From contig NC_010296.1 of the NCBI RefSeq assembly GCF_000010625.1, positions 2,760,001 to 2,792,000 of the forward strand: a DNA stretch of 32,000 nt. Direction: 5' to 3'. The notes under the pieces were generated by a model, which saw only the letters and a list, made by a program, of their open reading frames with translations, ran no database searches and was not told where the DNA came from. The number at the start of each line of letters is the position of its first letter. Positions within the stretch are counted from its first letter, which is position 1. This DNA is from Microcystis aeruginosa NIES-843 (GTDB lineage Bacteria > Cyanobacteriota > Cyanobacteriia > Cyanobacteriales > Microcystaceae). This document shows positions 1 to 7,039 of the stretch, in pieces. A program made the translations under genes and the position numbers.

Positions 1-126
1 TTTTGGGAAGAGAGGAATCGCGAACGTTTTGCTCGGATCGCTGCTACTCCTCCTCGTCCAGGCTATGAAGCGGTTAGAGCTAAACTTCAGGAACGGAGAG
101 CAAAGCGGGAAGCGAAGAAGCAATGA
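1..126 (+). CDS. 3' end of an ORF entering from the left (...FWEERNRERFARIAATPPRPGYEAVRAKLQERRAKREAKKQ*); possible antitoxin partner of the next gene
   Basis: Frame 1 is open from base 1 to TGA at 124-126. The stop overlaps the next ATG (ATGA at 123-126), a coupling typical of two-gene TA operons. No family recognised. Confidence 0.3.
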   Translation, partial: FWEERNRERFARIAATPPRPGYEAVRAKLQERRAKREAKKQ

Positions 127-515
127 TTGTTCTGGCTGATTACAACTTGAATCGGCAGGCAATTCTGATCTCTGGAAGTCTTGTTGTTAGCGGGTTATTA
201 GATCTCGCTCTAATTCGGTTGAGGACATTTGAAGACGTTGGCTTACCCGCAGACAGCAATGATCGAGTAGTTTGGAGATTTGCCCAAACCAACGGGATGC
301 TCTTACTTACGGCAAACCGGAATGCGAAGGGTGAAGACTCGTTGGAACAAGTAATGCGTGAAGAAAATCAACCGACTTCATTTCCGATCATTACGATTGG
401 CGATCCGGATAGGGTCAATGAATCTGATTATCGAGAACGCTGCGTTGAAAGGCTTGTAGAAATTGTGATCGATATCCAAGACTATATGGGGGCTGGTCGG
501 TTGTTTATTCCATAA
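123..515 (+). CDS. PIN-like (DUF5615/Mut7-C-like) putative toxin, 130 aa
   Basis: ORF track. Small size, translational coupling to the upstream ORF, and acidic motifs (LADYNL, DSNDRVVWRFAQTNGMLLLTANRN) resembling the DUF5615 protein at 5194-5535. The assignment is weak. Confidence 0.45.
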   Translation: MIVLADYNLNRQAILISGSLVVSGLLDLALIRLRTFEDVGLPADSNDRVVWRFAQTNGMLLLTANRNAKGEDSLEQVMREENQPTSFPIITIGDPDRVNESDYRERCVERLVEIVIDIQDYMGAGRLFIP

Positions 516-611
516 GGTGATTGGCGCATCATATCTGTTGGTGACACGGCATAACAACCCCAATGCACACCGACCGACGAAAGCTAATCAGTGTGATCGC
601 CAATCTTGTAG

Positions 612-640
612 GGTGCGTCTCACGCACCTTTTACCTTTTT
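612..640 (+). terminator. Rho-independent terminator candidate after the 123-515 gene
   Basis: Perfect 7-bp stem GGTGCGT (612-618) / ACGCACC (622-628), 3-nt loop, followed by TTTTACCTTTTT. Confidence 0.6.
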
Positions 641-645
641 AAATA

Positions 646-1783
646 TACTTTGCACGGCTACAACTTGCATTTTTTACTCAAGGACAATAATATAGTTTAA
701 GAGTCATAATTAGAAGCAAAGCACTCATTGAAAACATGATTAACCTAGAATTCACCGAAGAAGAAAAGAACTCACTGTATTATGAAAGATTTCATCATCC
801 TCATCCCCGGGTTCAACTTAAGATGGAAGTTCTTTGGTTAAAGAGTCAAAAGATACCGCACCAAAAAATTTGTCAGTTAGCAGGAATCTCGCCAAATACC
901 TTATTAACTTATCTTCGAGATTATCAAGAAGGCGGAATAGAAAAATTAAAAGAAATCAACTTCTATCGCCCTAAAAGTGAATTAGAGTCTCAAAGAGAAA
1001 CGCTCAAAAAATATTTCGAGAAAAATCCACCAGTCACAATAAATGAAGCTGTATATAGGAGAGAAGAATTGATGGGAATAAAACGAAGTCCTACCCAAGT
1101 GAGAAAATTTTTAAAATCAATGGGAATGAAATGTTTAAAAGTAGGTTCTCTTCCTTCTAAAGCTGACCCAGATGAACAAGAGGACTACAAAGAAAAAAAG
1201 CTAGAACCCAGACTAAATGAGGCTAAAGAAGGAAAAAGGGCTGTTTTTTTTGTTGATGCCGCTCACTTCGTCATGGGAGCATTTCTCGGTTTTGTTTGGT
1301 GTTTTGAGAGACTTTTTGTTAAGTCACCGAGCGGGCGTAAACGCTTCAATGTTTTAGGAGCATTAAATGCAATAACTCATGAAGTTATTCTGGTTACGAA
1401 TGACACTTATATTACAGCAACTCAAGTCTGTGAACTCCGGTCAAAAATAGCTGCTTTAGGACTAATGATTCCCATCACTCTCGTATTAGATAATGCCCGC
1501 TATCAGAAATGTAAAATTGTTGAAAAATTGGCTCTTTCTTTGTCAATAGATCTACTCTATCTACCGTCTTATTCGCCTAATCTAAATTTAATTGAAAGGC
1601 TGTGGAAATTTGTCAAAAAGAAATGTTTATATGGTAAATATTATGAAAACTTTTCTGACTTTTCTTCAGCCATTTATGAATGTTTGAATGATGCCCATCT
1701 GAAACATAAAAAAGAACTGGATTCCTTGCTGACTCTACGATTTCAGAAGTTTAATAAATCTCAGATTATGAACGTCTAAAGTA
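646..1783 (+). mobile_element. IS630-family insertion sequence (about 1.14 kb)
   Basis: Ends TACTTTGCACGG... / ...CGTCTAAAGTA are imperfect inverted repeats (10/16 match). They are flanked by TA at 644-645 and 1784-1785, the TA duplication typical of IS630/Tc1-mariner. The transposase stop lies inside the right IR. Confidence 0.55.
736..1779 (+). CDS. IS630-family DDE transposase (347 aa)
   Basis: N-terminal HTH region. DDE triad candidates are FFVDAAHF, LVLDNARYQK and NLIERLW, with 35 residues between the second D and E. YLPSYSPNLNLIERLW is a classic IS630/Tc1 motif. Confidence 0.9.
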   Translation: MINLEFTEEEKNSLYYERFHHPHPRVQLKMEVLWLKSQKIPHQKICQLAGISPNTLLTYLRDYQEGGIEKLKEINFYRPKSELESQRETLKKYFEKNPPVTINEAVYRREELMGIKRSPTQVRKFLKSMGMKCLKVGSLPSKADPDEQEDYKEKKLEPRLNEAKEGKRAVFFVDAAHFVMGAFLGFVWCFERLFVKSPSGRKRFNVLGALNAITHEVILVTNDTYITATQVCELRSKIAALGLMIPITLVLDNARYQKCKIVEKLALSLSIDLLYLPSYSPNLNLIERLWKFVKKKCLYGKYYENFSDFSSAIYECLNDAHLKHKKELDSLLTLRFQKFNKSQIMNV

Positions 1784-1823
1784 TATAAGCCCGTCTAACA
1801 AATCACTGCACCCGACCGTATAC

Positions 1824-3778
1824 CTGGACTTCCCCGTTGACAAAAGGCCATAACCTGTGCTGTAGGAGGGATTAAGAGAATTTACAGCGCCCCGTTACTG
1901 GGTACAAATCAAGGAAACCCCTAATAAATCTAACGCTTTTTGTTGCAGTTGAGTCGGTCGAGTTATCTTAGAAAAACGATAACTTCCCTCCCTAATCGTA
2001 CATTCTACTGTATTCAAGCAAATTGTCCCCAGGTCTTCCAACAAAGTCCGAAAGCTATGCACAGGAAAGTTCTCTTGATTCCGTTTTTTTCTCTCTTTAG
2101 ATTGCACCGATTCACTGCGACTCGCCTTAATCACATCAACGGAGCTATCATCAATTTCTTCATCCTCAAATAATAAAGGAGCCAAGCACTGTTTTAAATG
2201 CCATTCCACATAATAAGCCAACATACATAAAAAGATATGAGCCTTGACTCTATCACCCTTATAATGATAGATAGGACGTACCTTTAAATCAATTGACTTA
2301 TAACAGCGAAATGCCTCCTCCACTTGAGACAAACTTTTATAAGCTTTAACCGTCGTCGCTGCATCCATCAAAGTTGACTCCAGAGAAGTTCTTAACACAT
2401 ACACACCATCTAAGGCCGTTTCTTGAGCGATTAATTCCCGCTTACGCTGATAAGAAAAGCCTTCTTCTGTTATCTCTAGGTTATAGTATTTATTGACCTT
2501 AAACTGATGAAGAATCTTGCCCACTCTCAAAGCTATCTTATCTTGACCCTTTAAAGCTCTTTTCTCCCTTTGAGTCGCCTGAACAATCAAATCTAGTTCC
2601 TTCTCTACCGCTTCTAATAATGCCTCTCTTTGTAGTTGATTTTTCTGGGCAATGAAGGGATTCCGACAAGCAATTAATCTTTCATCGGGATAATCTTCAC
2701 TCTCAAATTCCACCAAGTTTACCTGCTCAAATAATCCTAATTGAATCACTTCTACCTCAGCCAGTTTCCGAATTTGAGGCTTAGTTAAACCAGTAATATA
2801 GTCTAATCCTTCTAGCGGTTTTACTAATTCCTTGATTTTCGAGTTGGTGAAAATTCCTCTATCGCTTACCCAGACCACATTCTCAATCCCCCAACCCTTT
2901 CTGACTTTCTCAATTTGTCCGCTTAAAGTAGCACCGTCTGAGGTGTTTCCTTCAAATACTTCTACCGCTATCGGACAACCCTTGGCTGAACAGAGCAGAC
3001 CAAAAACTATCTGAATTTTCCCTTTCTTTTTATCTCGATTATCACCATATTTTCCCAGTTCACAACCATTTCCTTCTAGGTAGGTAGAAGTGACATCATA
3101 CAAGACTAATGTTCCTGATTCTAAGTGTTTAAGTGCTAGGTGCTTCTCAATTTTATCTTGTTTTTCTAATAACCAATCTAAGGCGTTATATAATTCGTCT
3201 TCATCGGCTTTCTCTAAGTCTAACAATTGTCCTAAACTCTGACTACAAGTCTCACTATTAAACCCTCTCGCTGTGGCTAGTTTCGATTTAGGATTGATGA
3301 TTCTTGCCACAATCATCGCCACTACTAAGTTTCTGATTCGTGAGGATTTTTCACTGATTATTTTATCTAAACCTAATTTTTTAATCGTCTCTAAAATAGC
3401 CATCACATGACCATGAGGAAGACTTCTAATCACTTCAAAATGATTGGGAATGCCTTCATTCATGGACAGTGTTGCCCCTTTAAGAGCCAGTTTCAGATTG
3501 TCGATAATATCATCGGGTAATTTTGAGAGATTGGCAAGGGTTCTTTTTTTGACTTGTTCTCCTTCTCGGTAGGACTCTCGAAGAAGAACGGCGGGGGGGG
3601 AATTACGGTTAGGAACTTTTTCTATATACATGGCTATCATTCTAGCAAATAGAGAGAATTCTTGTCCATTAAGAAATGTTACAAATTACATGGGTACATT
3701 AAGAAAAGTTAATGGGTGTATCCATTGATAGATAAGGGTTTTCGGCTATTATGGTATATATGTATGGGGGAAGTTCAG
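1824..3778 (-). mobile_element. IS1634-family insertion sequence (1955 bp)
   Basis: Terminal inverted repeats CTGGACTTCCCC (1824-) and GGGGGAAGTTCAG (-3778), 12 bp with 1 mismatch, enclose the transposase gene. No direct target duplication is visible. Confidence 0.75.
1895..3640 (-). CDS. IS1634-family (IS4 superfamily) transposase, 581 aa
   Basis: N-terminus MYIEKVPNRNSPPAVLLRESYREGEQVKKRTLANLSKLP is the characteristic IS1634 transposase start. The length fits. The true start may be the MYIEK Met three codons in. Confidence 0.9.
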   Translation of the reverse strand: MIAMYIEKVPNRNSPPAVLLRESYREGEQVKKRTLANLSKLPDDIIDNLKLALKGATLSMNEGIPNHFEVIRSLPHGHVMAILETIKKLGLDKIISEKSSRIRNLVVAMIVARIINPKSKLATARGFNSETCSQSLGQLLDLEKADEDELYNALDWLLEKQDKIEKHLALKHLESGTLVLYDVTSTYLEGNGCELGKYGDNRDKKKGKIQIVFGLLCSAKGCPIAVEVFEGNTSDGATLSGQIEKVRKGWGIENVVWVSDRGIFTNSKIKELVKPLEGLDYITGLTKPQIRKLAEVEVIQLGLFEQVNLVEFESEDYPDERLIACRNPFIAQKNQLQREALLEAVEKELDLIVQATQREKRALKGQDKIALRVGKILHQFKVNKYYNLEITEEGFSYQRKRELIAQETALDGVYVLRTSLESTLMDAATTVKAYKSLSQVEEAFRCYKSIDLKVRPIYHYKGDRVKAHIFLCMLAYYVEWHLKQCLAPLLFEDEEIDDSSVDVIKASRSESVQSKERKKRNQENFPVHSFRTLLEDLGTICLNTVECTIREGSYRFSKITRPTQLQQKALDLLGVSLICTQ

Positions 3779-3828
3779 ATTTTAGTCGCGACTTTTTCTT
3801 CTCTTCTCGCAATAAACCATGAAGATGG

Positions 3829-3919
3829 TAAGCTAAACGGCGCTTAACCTGCATGATCCAACAGCTATAACCCTTTTGGAGTCTATATCGGTGATCCGAA
3901 GTAAAAGCCGTTTAGCTTA
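3829..3919. mobile_element. 87-bp MITE, copy 1, with TA target duplication
   Basis: Body 3831-3917 with 11-bp perfect TIRs AGCTAAACGGC/GCCGTTTAGCT, flanked by TA (3829-30, 3918-19). The paralogous site at 9295-9296 has a single TA and no insert. Confidence 0.8.
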
Positions 3920-3975
3920 TGACATCAACTATGGGAATACTTGGAGCCATTGTAGGTTATCTTTTTGGTATTAAG

Positions 3976-4066
3976 TAAGCTAAACGGCGCTTAACCTGCA
4001 TGATCCAACAGCTATAACCCTTTTGGAGTCTATATCGGTGATCCGAAGTAAAAGCCGTTTAGCTTA
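3976..4066. mobile_element. 87-bp MITE, copy 2, identical to copy 1
   Basis: Body 3978-4064 is base-for-base identical to 3831-3917, flanked by TA (3976-77, 4065-66). The empty paralogous site is the single TA at 9237-9238. Confidence 0.8.
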
Positions 4067-4258
4067 CCTAAGCAAAATTAATTACACATCTAAGCCACTA
4101 CTCCGTCAGACTTCTGGTGTGAGGAAACAGTGAACTGAAAACTCAAATCCGATCCCTAATAGCTGTCTCCCGTCTCCCGTCTCCCGTCTCGGAGTCTCCT
4201 GTCTCCTGTCTCGGAGTCTCCTGTCTCGACTAGGAAATTAATTTTGCACGACTACTTA
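4067..4258 (+). mobile_element. MITE-like repeat with CTAAG..GCAAAATTAATT termini and an internal 7-8 bp tandem array
   Basis: Left end CCTAAGCAAAATTAATTACACAT and right end GAAATTAATTTTGCACGACTACTTA recur at 9029-9236 (inverted) and, with a different core, at 22577-22676. Confidence 0.45.
4163..4228. repeat. Tandem 7-8 bp repeat array (CTCCCGT / CTCCTGT / CTCGGAGT units), 66 bp
   Basis: Read directly. The inverted paralogue at 9059-9140 carries 82 bp of the same units, so the array length varies. Confidence 0.85.
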
Positions 4259-4260
4259 AT

Positions 4261-5183
4261 AGATCTCTTGCAAAAGTAATCAAGATATATCCTTTTGTCG
4301 GTAACGAAGTTCGTAATTGTAGATACCAGCAATCAAATTCAATCTCAGACCAAATCGCCGTCTGCGATTTCTGTATCTTGATGAAAGTATCCGAAATATT
4401 TTGAGACGACGATGAATATGTTCTATAACTATGCGCCGTTGTGATAACTGACGATTGGCTTTTTTTTGCTCTTTACTTAGTTTTTCTTTTTTCTTTTTTT
4501 TATGAGGAATTTGACTGTTTTGATGGATTTTCTGAATTCCTTGATAGCCTTTATCCCCTAATATTTCTATTTCCTTATTTAACCTTATTTTGCTCTCTTT
4601 CCACAGTCGAAAATCATGGACTCTTCCTTTCTCACAACGGACACAGATTACCTGCTCGCTTTTTTGATCGGCAACGACTTGCGACTTTAATGTGTGGTAT
4701 CCCTGCTTGCCACTATAGCATGATTTCTGTTTTTTTTTGGGTCTTTCTATCTCCTGTTTTGACACATCCACCACTATTACTTCTATTTCACTATTACTTT
4801 CTAATAGGGCTTTTTTTTCAGGTAGATTAAACAGACCTGATTTGATGAGAATATTCTCTACTTTCCTAACAATTCTATACGCCGTTGATTCGTTAACACC
4901 CCAACTATTTCCCAGATGAAAATAGGTGCGATATTCTCGCCAATATTCTAATGTTATTAGTAGTTGGTCTTCCGTACTCAATTTGCTAGGCCTACCTGTC
5001 TTTTTTTGCCAAACTTTTTCTGCCTTTAGGACTGTTACCATATCCTTAAATGTATCTGGATACACGACCCACAAACGTTTGAACTCTGTTGGCTTTAAAG
5101 TTTTTACTTGTTCGTAAGTCATCTTTCAATCTTAACTCTTGGACTATTTTATCCTATTTTGTCTAGACTTATGCAAGAGATCT
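4261..5183 (-). mobile_element. IS5-family (ISL2/Harbinger-like) insertion sequence, 923 bp
   Basis: Terminal IRs AGATCTCTTGCAAAAG (4261-) and CTTATGCAAGAGATCT (-5183), 15/16 match. Flanked by a 3-bp direct repeat AAT (4258-4260 and 5184-5186). Confidence 0.75.
4280..5122 (-). CDS. IS5-family DDE transposase (DDE_Tnp_4-like), 280 aa
   Basis: N-terminal HTH (GRPSKLSTEDQLLITLEYWREYRTY). DDE candidates are VVDVS, LGDKGYQG and RIVIEHIHRRLK. Confidence 0.85.
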   Translation of the reverse strand: MTYEQVKTLKPTEFKRLWVVYPDTFKDMVTVLKAEKVWQKKTGRPSKLSTEDQLLITLEYWREYRTYFHLGNSWGVNESTAYRIVRKVENILIKSGLFNLPEKKALLESNSEIEVIVVDVSKQEIERPKKKQKSCYSGKQGYHTLKSQVVADQKSEQVICVRCEKGRVHDFRLWKESKIRLNKEIEILGDKGYQGIQKIHQNSQIPHKKKKKEKLSKEQKKANRQLSQRRIVIEHIHRRLKIFRILSSRYRNRRRRFGLRLNLIAGIYNYELRYRQKDIS

Positions 5184-5193
5184 AATGAATAGC

Positions 5194-5535
5194 TTAAGGA
5201 GCATTGCTGATCTCTACGATCATTGTTCCTTGACGTAGTTGTTCTAAAGCATCAGGTAAAGTAGCTGACAGCAATTGCCGCAGATTCCGATTCGTGACAT
5301 TACCACAGGTCAACCATAAAATTTGGGGAGGTGTTCCCAGGCGACAGACCAAATCAATGAAGTCGCTATCTTTAGTCATAATCACGGCATTTTCGGCTCG
5401 CGCTGCTTCAAAGATATTGATGTCTTGAGCATCTCGAAGGGACAAGTCTCGTAGAGCAGACGCTTCTAAACCAAAAGTCGCTGATAACCAGTTCGCCAGC
5501 GTTGGAGGTAGTTGGGCATCAATCCAAATTTTCAT
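5194..5535 (-). CDS. DUF5615-family PIN-like protein (putative toxin), 113 aa
   Basis: MKIWIDAQLPP...DAQDINIFEAARAENAVIMTKDSDF matches the DUF5615 pattern. It overlaps the upstream DUF433 gene by 4 bp. Confidence 0.75.
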   Translation of the reverse strand: MKIWIDAQLPPTLANWLSATFGLEASALRDLSLRDAQDINIFEAARAENAVIMTKDSDFIDLVCRLGTPPQILWLTCGNVTNRNLRQLLSATLPDALEQLRQGTMIVEISNAP

Positions 5536-5765
5536 GCCGTTAGTCTGGGGAAATCAGTACGGCGAGCTGCAAAAAGCAAACAAGCTTGGATATCTGCTAG
5601 TTCCAAATCGGGGAAGTCTTCTAAAATTTCATTAATGCTAACGTTCTCAGCCAACATTTCTAAAATATCAGTCACTCGAATTCGCATCCCTCGGATGCAA
5701 GGACGACCACCACACTGACCAGGTGTTTGAGTAATGCGGGTAAGCAAGCTAACTGTTGAGTTCAT
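5532..5765 (-). CDS. DUF433-family protein (putative antitoxin), 77 aa
   Basis: GQCGGRPCIRGMRIRVTDILEMLA is the DUF433 signature. Its position immediately upstream of a DUF5615 gene is the usual pairing. Confidence 0.75.
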   Translation of the reverse strand: MNSTVSLLTRITQTPGQCGGRPCIRGMRIRVTDILEMLAENVSINEILEDFPDLELADIQACLLFAARRTDFPRLTA

Positions 5766-5935
5766 GGGGCGAATCTTTAAAGTATTTAATCTACACCTAT
5801 TTTATCGGGTAATTCTGTCCCATGCGCCAGCTAACACGTCACGGCAGCGGACGGGTGGAAGCTGCTGGTGCTGAGTTCGAGGTTATCTGCCGCCGCTGAT
5901 TTGAGCCGTTAGACAGACAAAGTTTTGAGAATTTC

Positions 5936-6409
5936 GGCTCTTCGGTTTGTGTTATGCAATGGACGGGGGTTATAAGGGATGGAACACTTATATAGAAAGG
6001 CATTTAGCGATTTTTGTCAATTGTTTTTGATCTAGAGCGAACTAATCAATTAAGTCTCTTACCAGATAAGGATTTAGTCGATTTATGCCCCCCTATCGAA
6101 CCATACCAACCCACATTCCGCACCCTCAACTGTCACATTGAAAATTTTATCTAAATCGTCAAAACGATTGCCGGCTCTGAATTACAGGCTAGTTTGTTTG
6201 CCCAGCCGATGCACAATTAGCCCTAAAAATCTGATAGTTCTGATACTAAATTATTGAGAGAAACTCTCATTAAGCTGGCGATCGCTGACTAGAGTGTGAC
6301 ACTTCATAATTCTTAGTAATCGCTAAAAGTCTTACTATACAAGGGCTAGAGCAACTTTTGATTTCAACAACTAGGGTGCGGAATGTGGGATACCAAGTAA
6401 CGAAGAACC
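5936..6409. mobile_element. About 190-bp MITE (GGYTCTTCG termini) carrying a nested 280-bp MITE
   Basis: 5936-6109 plus 6390-6409 align with the uninterrupted copy at 13043-13228. Termini are GGCTCTTCGGTT / AACGAAGAACC. Confidence 0.65.
6110..6389. mobile_element. 280-bp MITE, copy 1 (nested)
   Basis: Perfect 17-bp TIRs CCCACATTCCGCACCCT / AGGGTGCGGAATGTGGG. 7-bp target duplication ATACCAA (6103-6109 and 6390-6396). Confidence 0.85.
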
Positions 6410-6415
6410 AGAATT

Positions 6416-7039
6416 TCAAAGTAGTCCATCGTACACCCTGAGTTCTGCTACAGTCTGGGCTAGACCTTGCCTTTCATAAGCGGCAAGTAACCCATCAACA
6501 CTTTGCGGTGGATTTCTTAAACTGATTCGCTGTTGCTTAGCAGCTTCACAGATCACTGAAGGAGCTAAATCAATCAGATGAATAATAAACTCATCGGGAT
6601 GCTGAGCCTCGATACCATATTGCTCAAGAGTTGTAGCCGGAAAATCTGACAGATTGTATGTAACAATCACATCGGCTCCTGCACAAATGGCAGCCGCTAG
6701 TACATCCCACATTCCGCACCCTCAACTGTCACATTGAAAATTTTATCTAAATCGTCAAAACGATTGCCGGCTCTGAATTACAGGCTAATTTGTTTGCCCA
6801 GCAGACGCACAATTAGCCCTAAAAATCTGATAGCTCTGATACCAAATTATTGAGATAAACTCTCATTAAGCTGGCGATCGCTGACTAGAGTGTGACACTT
6901 CATAATTCTTAGTAATCGCTAAAAGTCTTACTATACAAGGGCTAGAGCAACTTTTGATTTCAACGACTAGGGTGCGGAATGTGGGGTACATGACGGTCAT
7001 TGGCATCTGGTAAGTTTAGCGATGGAATTAGATCTTTAT
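6416..7039 (-). pseudogene. PIN-domain (VapC-like) toxin gene, interrupted by a MITE and 5'-truncated by an IS
   Basis: Removing 6706-6985 and one copy of GTACAT joins ...KDLIPSLNLPDANDRHV to LAAAICAGADVIVTYNLSDFP..., a typical PIN core. The reading frame ends abruptly at the IS terminus at 7040. Confidence 0.7.
6706..6985. mobile_element. 280-bp MITE, copy 2 (inside the PIN gene)
   Basis: Same TIRs as 6110-6389 and about 97% identical by eye. Flanked by direct GTACAT (6700-6705 and 6986-6991). Confidence 0.85.

Larger units (their letters stand above)
3779..4132 (+). pseudogene. 5'-truncated, MITE-disrupted copy of the small membrane-protein gene found intact at 9170-9391
   Basis: Reverse complement of 9170-9346 apart from two 89-bp insertions and 1 SNP. 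The 5' end is cut off by the IS1634 right end at 3778. Confidence 0.6.

Noticed and set aside
552-577. Direct similarity between TAACAACCCCAATGCACACCGACCG (552-577) and TAACAAATCACTGCACCCGACCG (1796-1818) flanking the IS630 element, considered as longer IS boundaries or a long target duplication.
   Set aside because: The two are direct rather than inverted, imperfect, and asymmetric relative to the TA-flanked termini. They are more likely a dispersed short repeat. This cannot be resolved without genome-wide data.
1940-2173. ORF 1940-2173 and ORF 9528-9737 share the N-terminus MLQLSRSSYLRKTITSLPNRTF, suggesting a conserved small gene.
   Set aside because: The shared part is the duplicated IS1634 end (1824-2015 equals 9412-9603) read antisense to the transposase. 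The two ORFs diverge as soon as the duplication ends.
3829-4066. The two 87-bp inserts considered as introns or in-frame coding insertions.
   Set aside because: They have perfect TIRs and TA duplications. They add 89 bp each (not a multiple of 3) and show no group I or II intron features.
4163-4228. Short tandem repeats (also 9059-9140, 10043-10104 and 18640-18690) considered as a possible CRISPR array.
   Set aside because: The units are only 7-8 bp, directly abutting with no spacers, and lie inside a MITE-like repeat. This is a microsatellite/VNTR, not CRISPR.
5825-5900. GC-rich imperfect inverted repeat (CGGCAGCGG...CTGCCGCCG) upstream of the DUF433 gene, checked as a possible tRNA or structured RNA.
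   Set aside because: There is no T-loop, acceptor or anticodon architecture, and the stems are imperfect. The evidence is insufficient.
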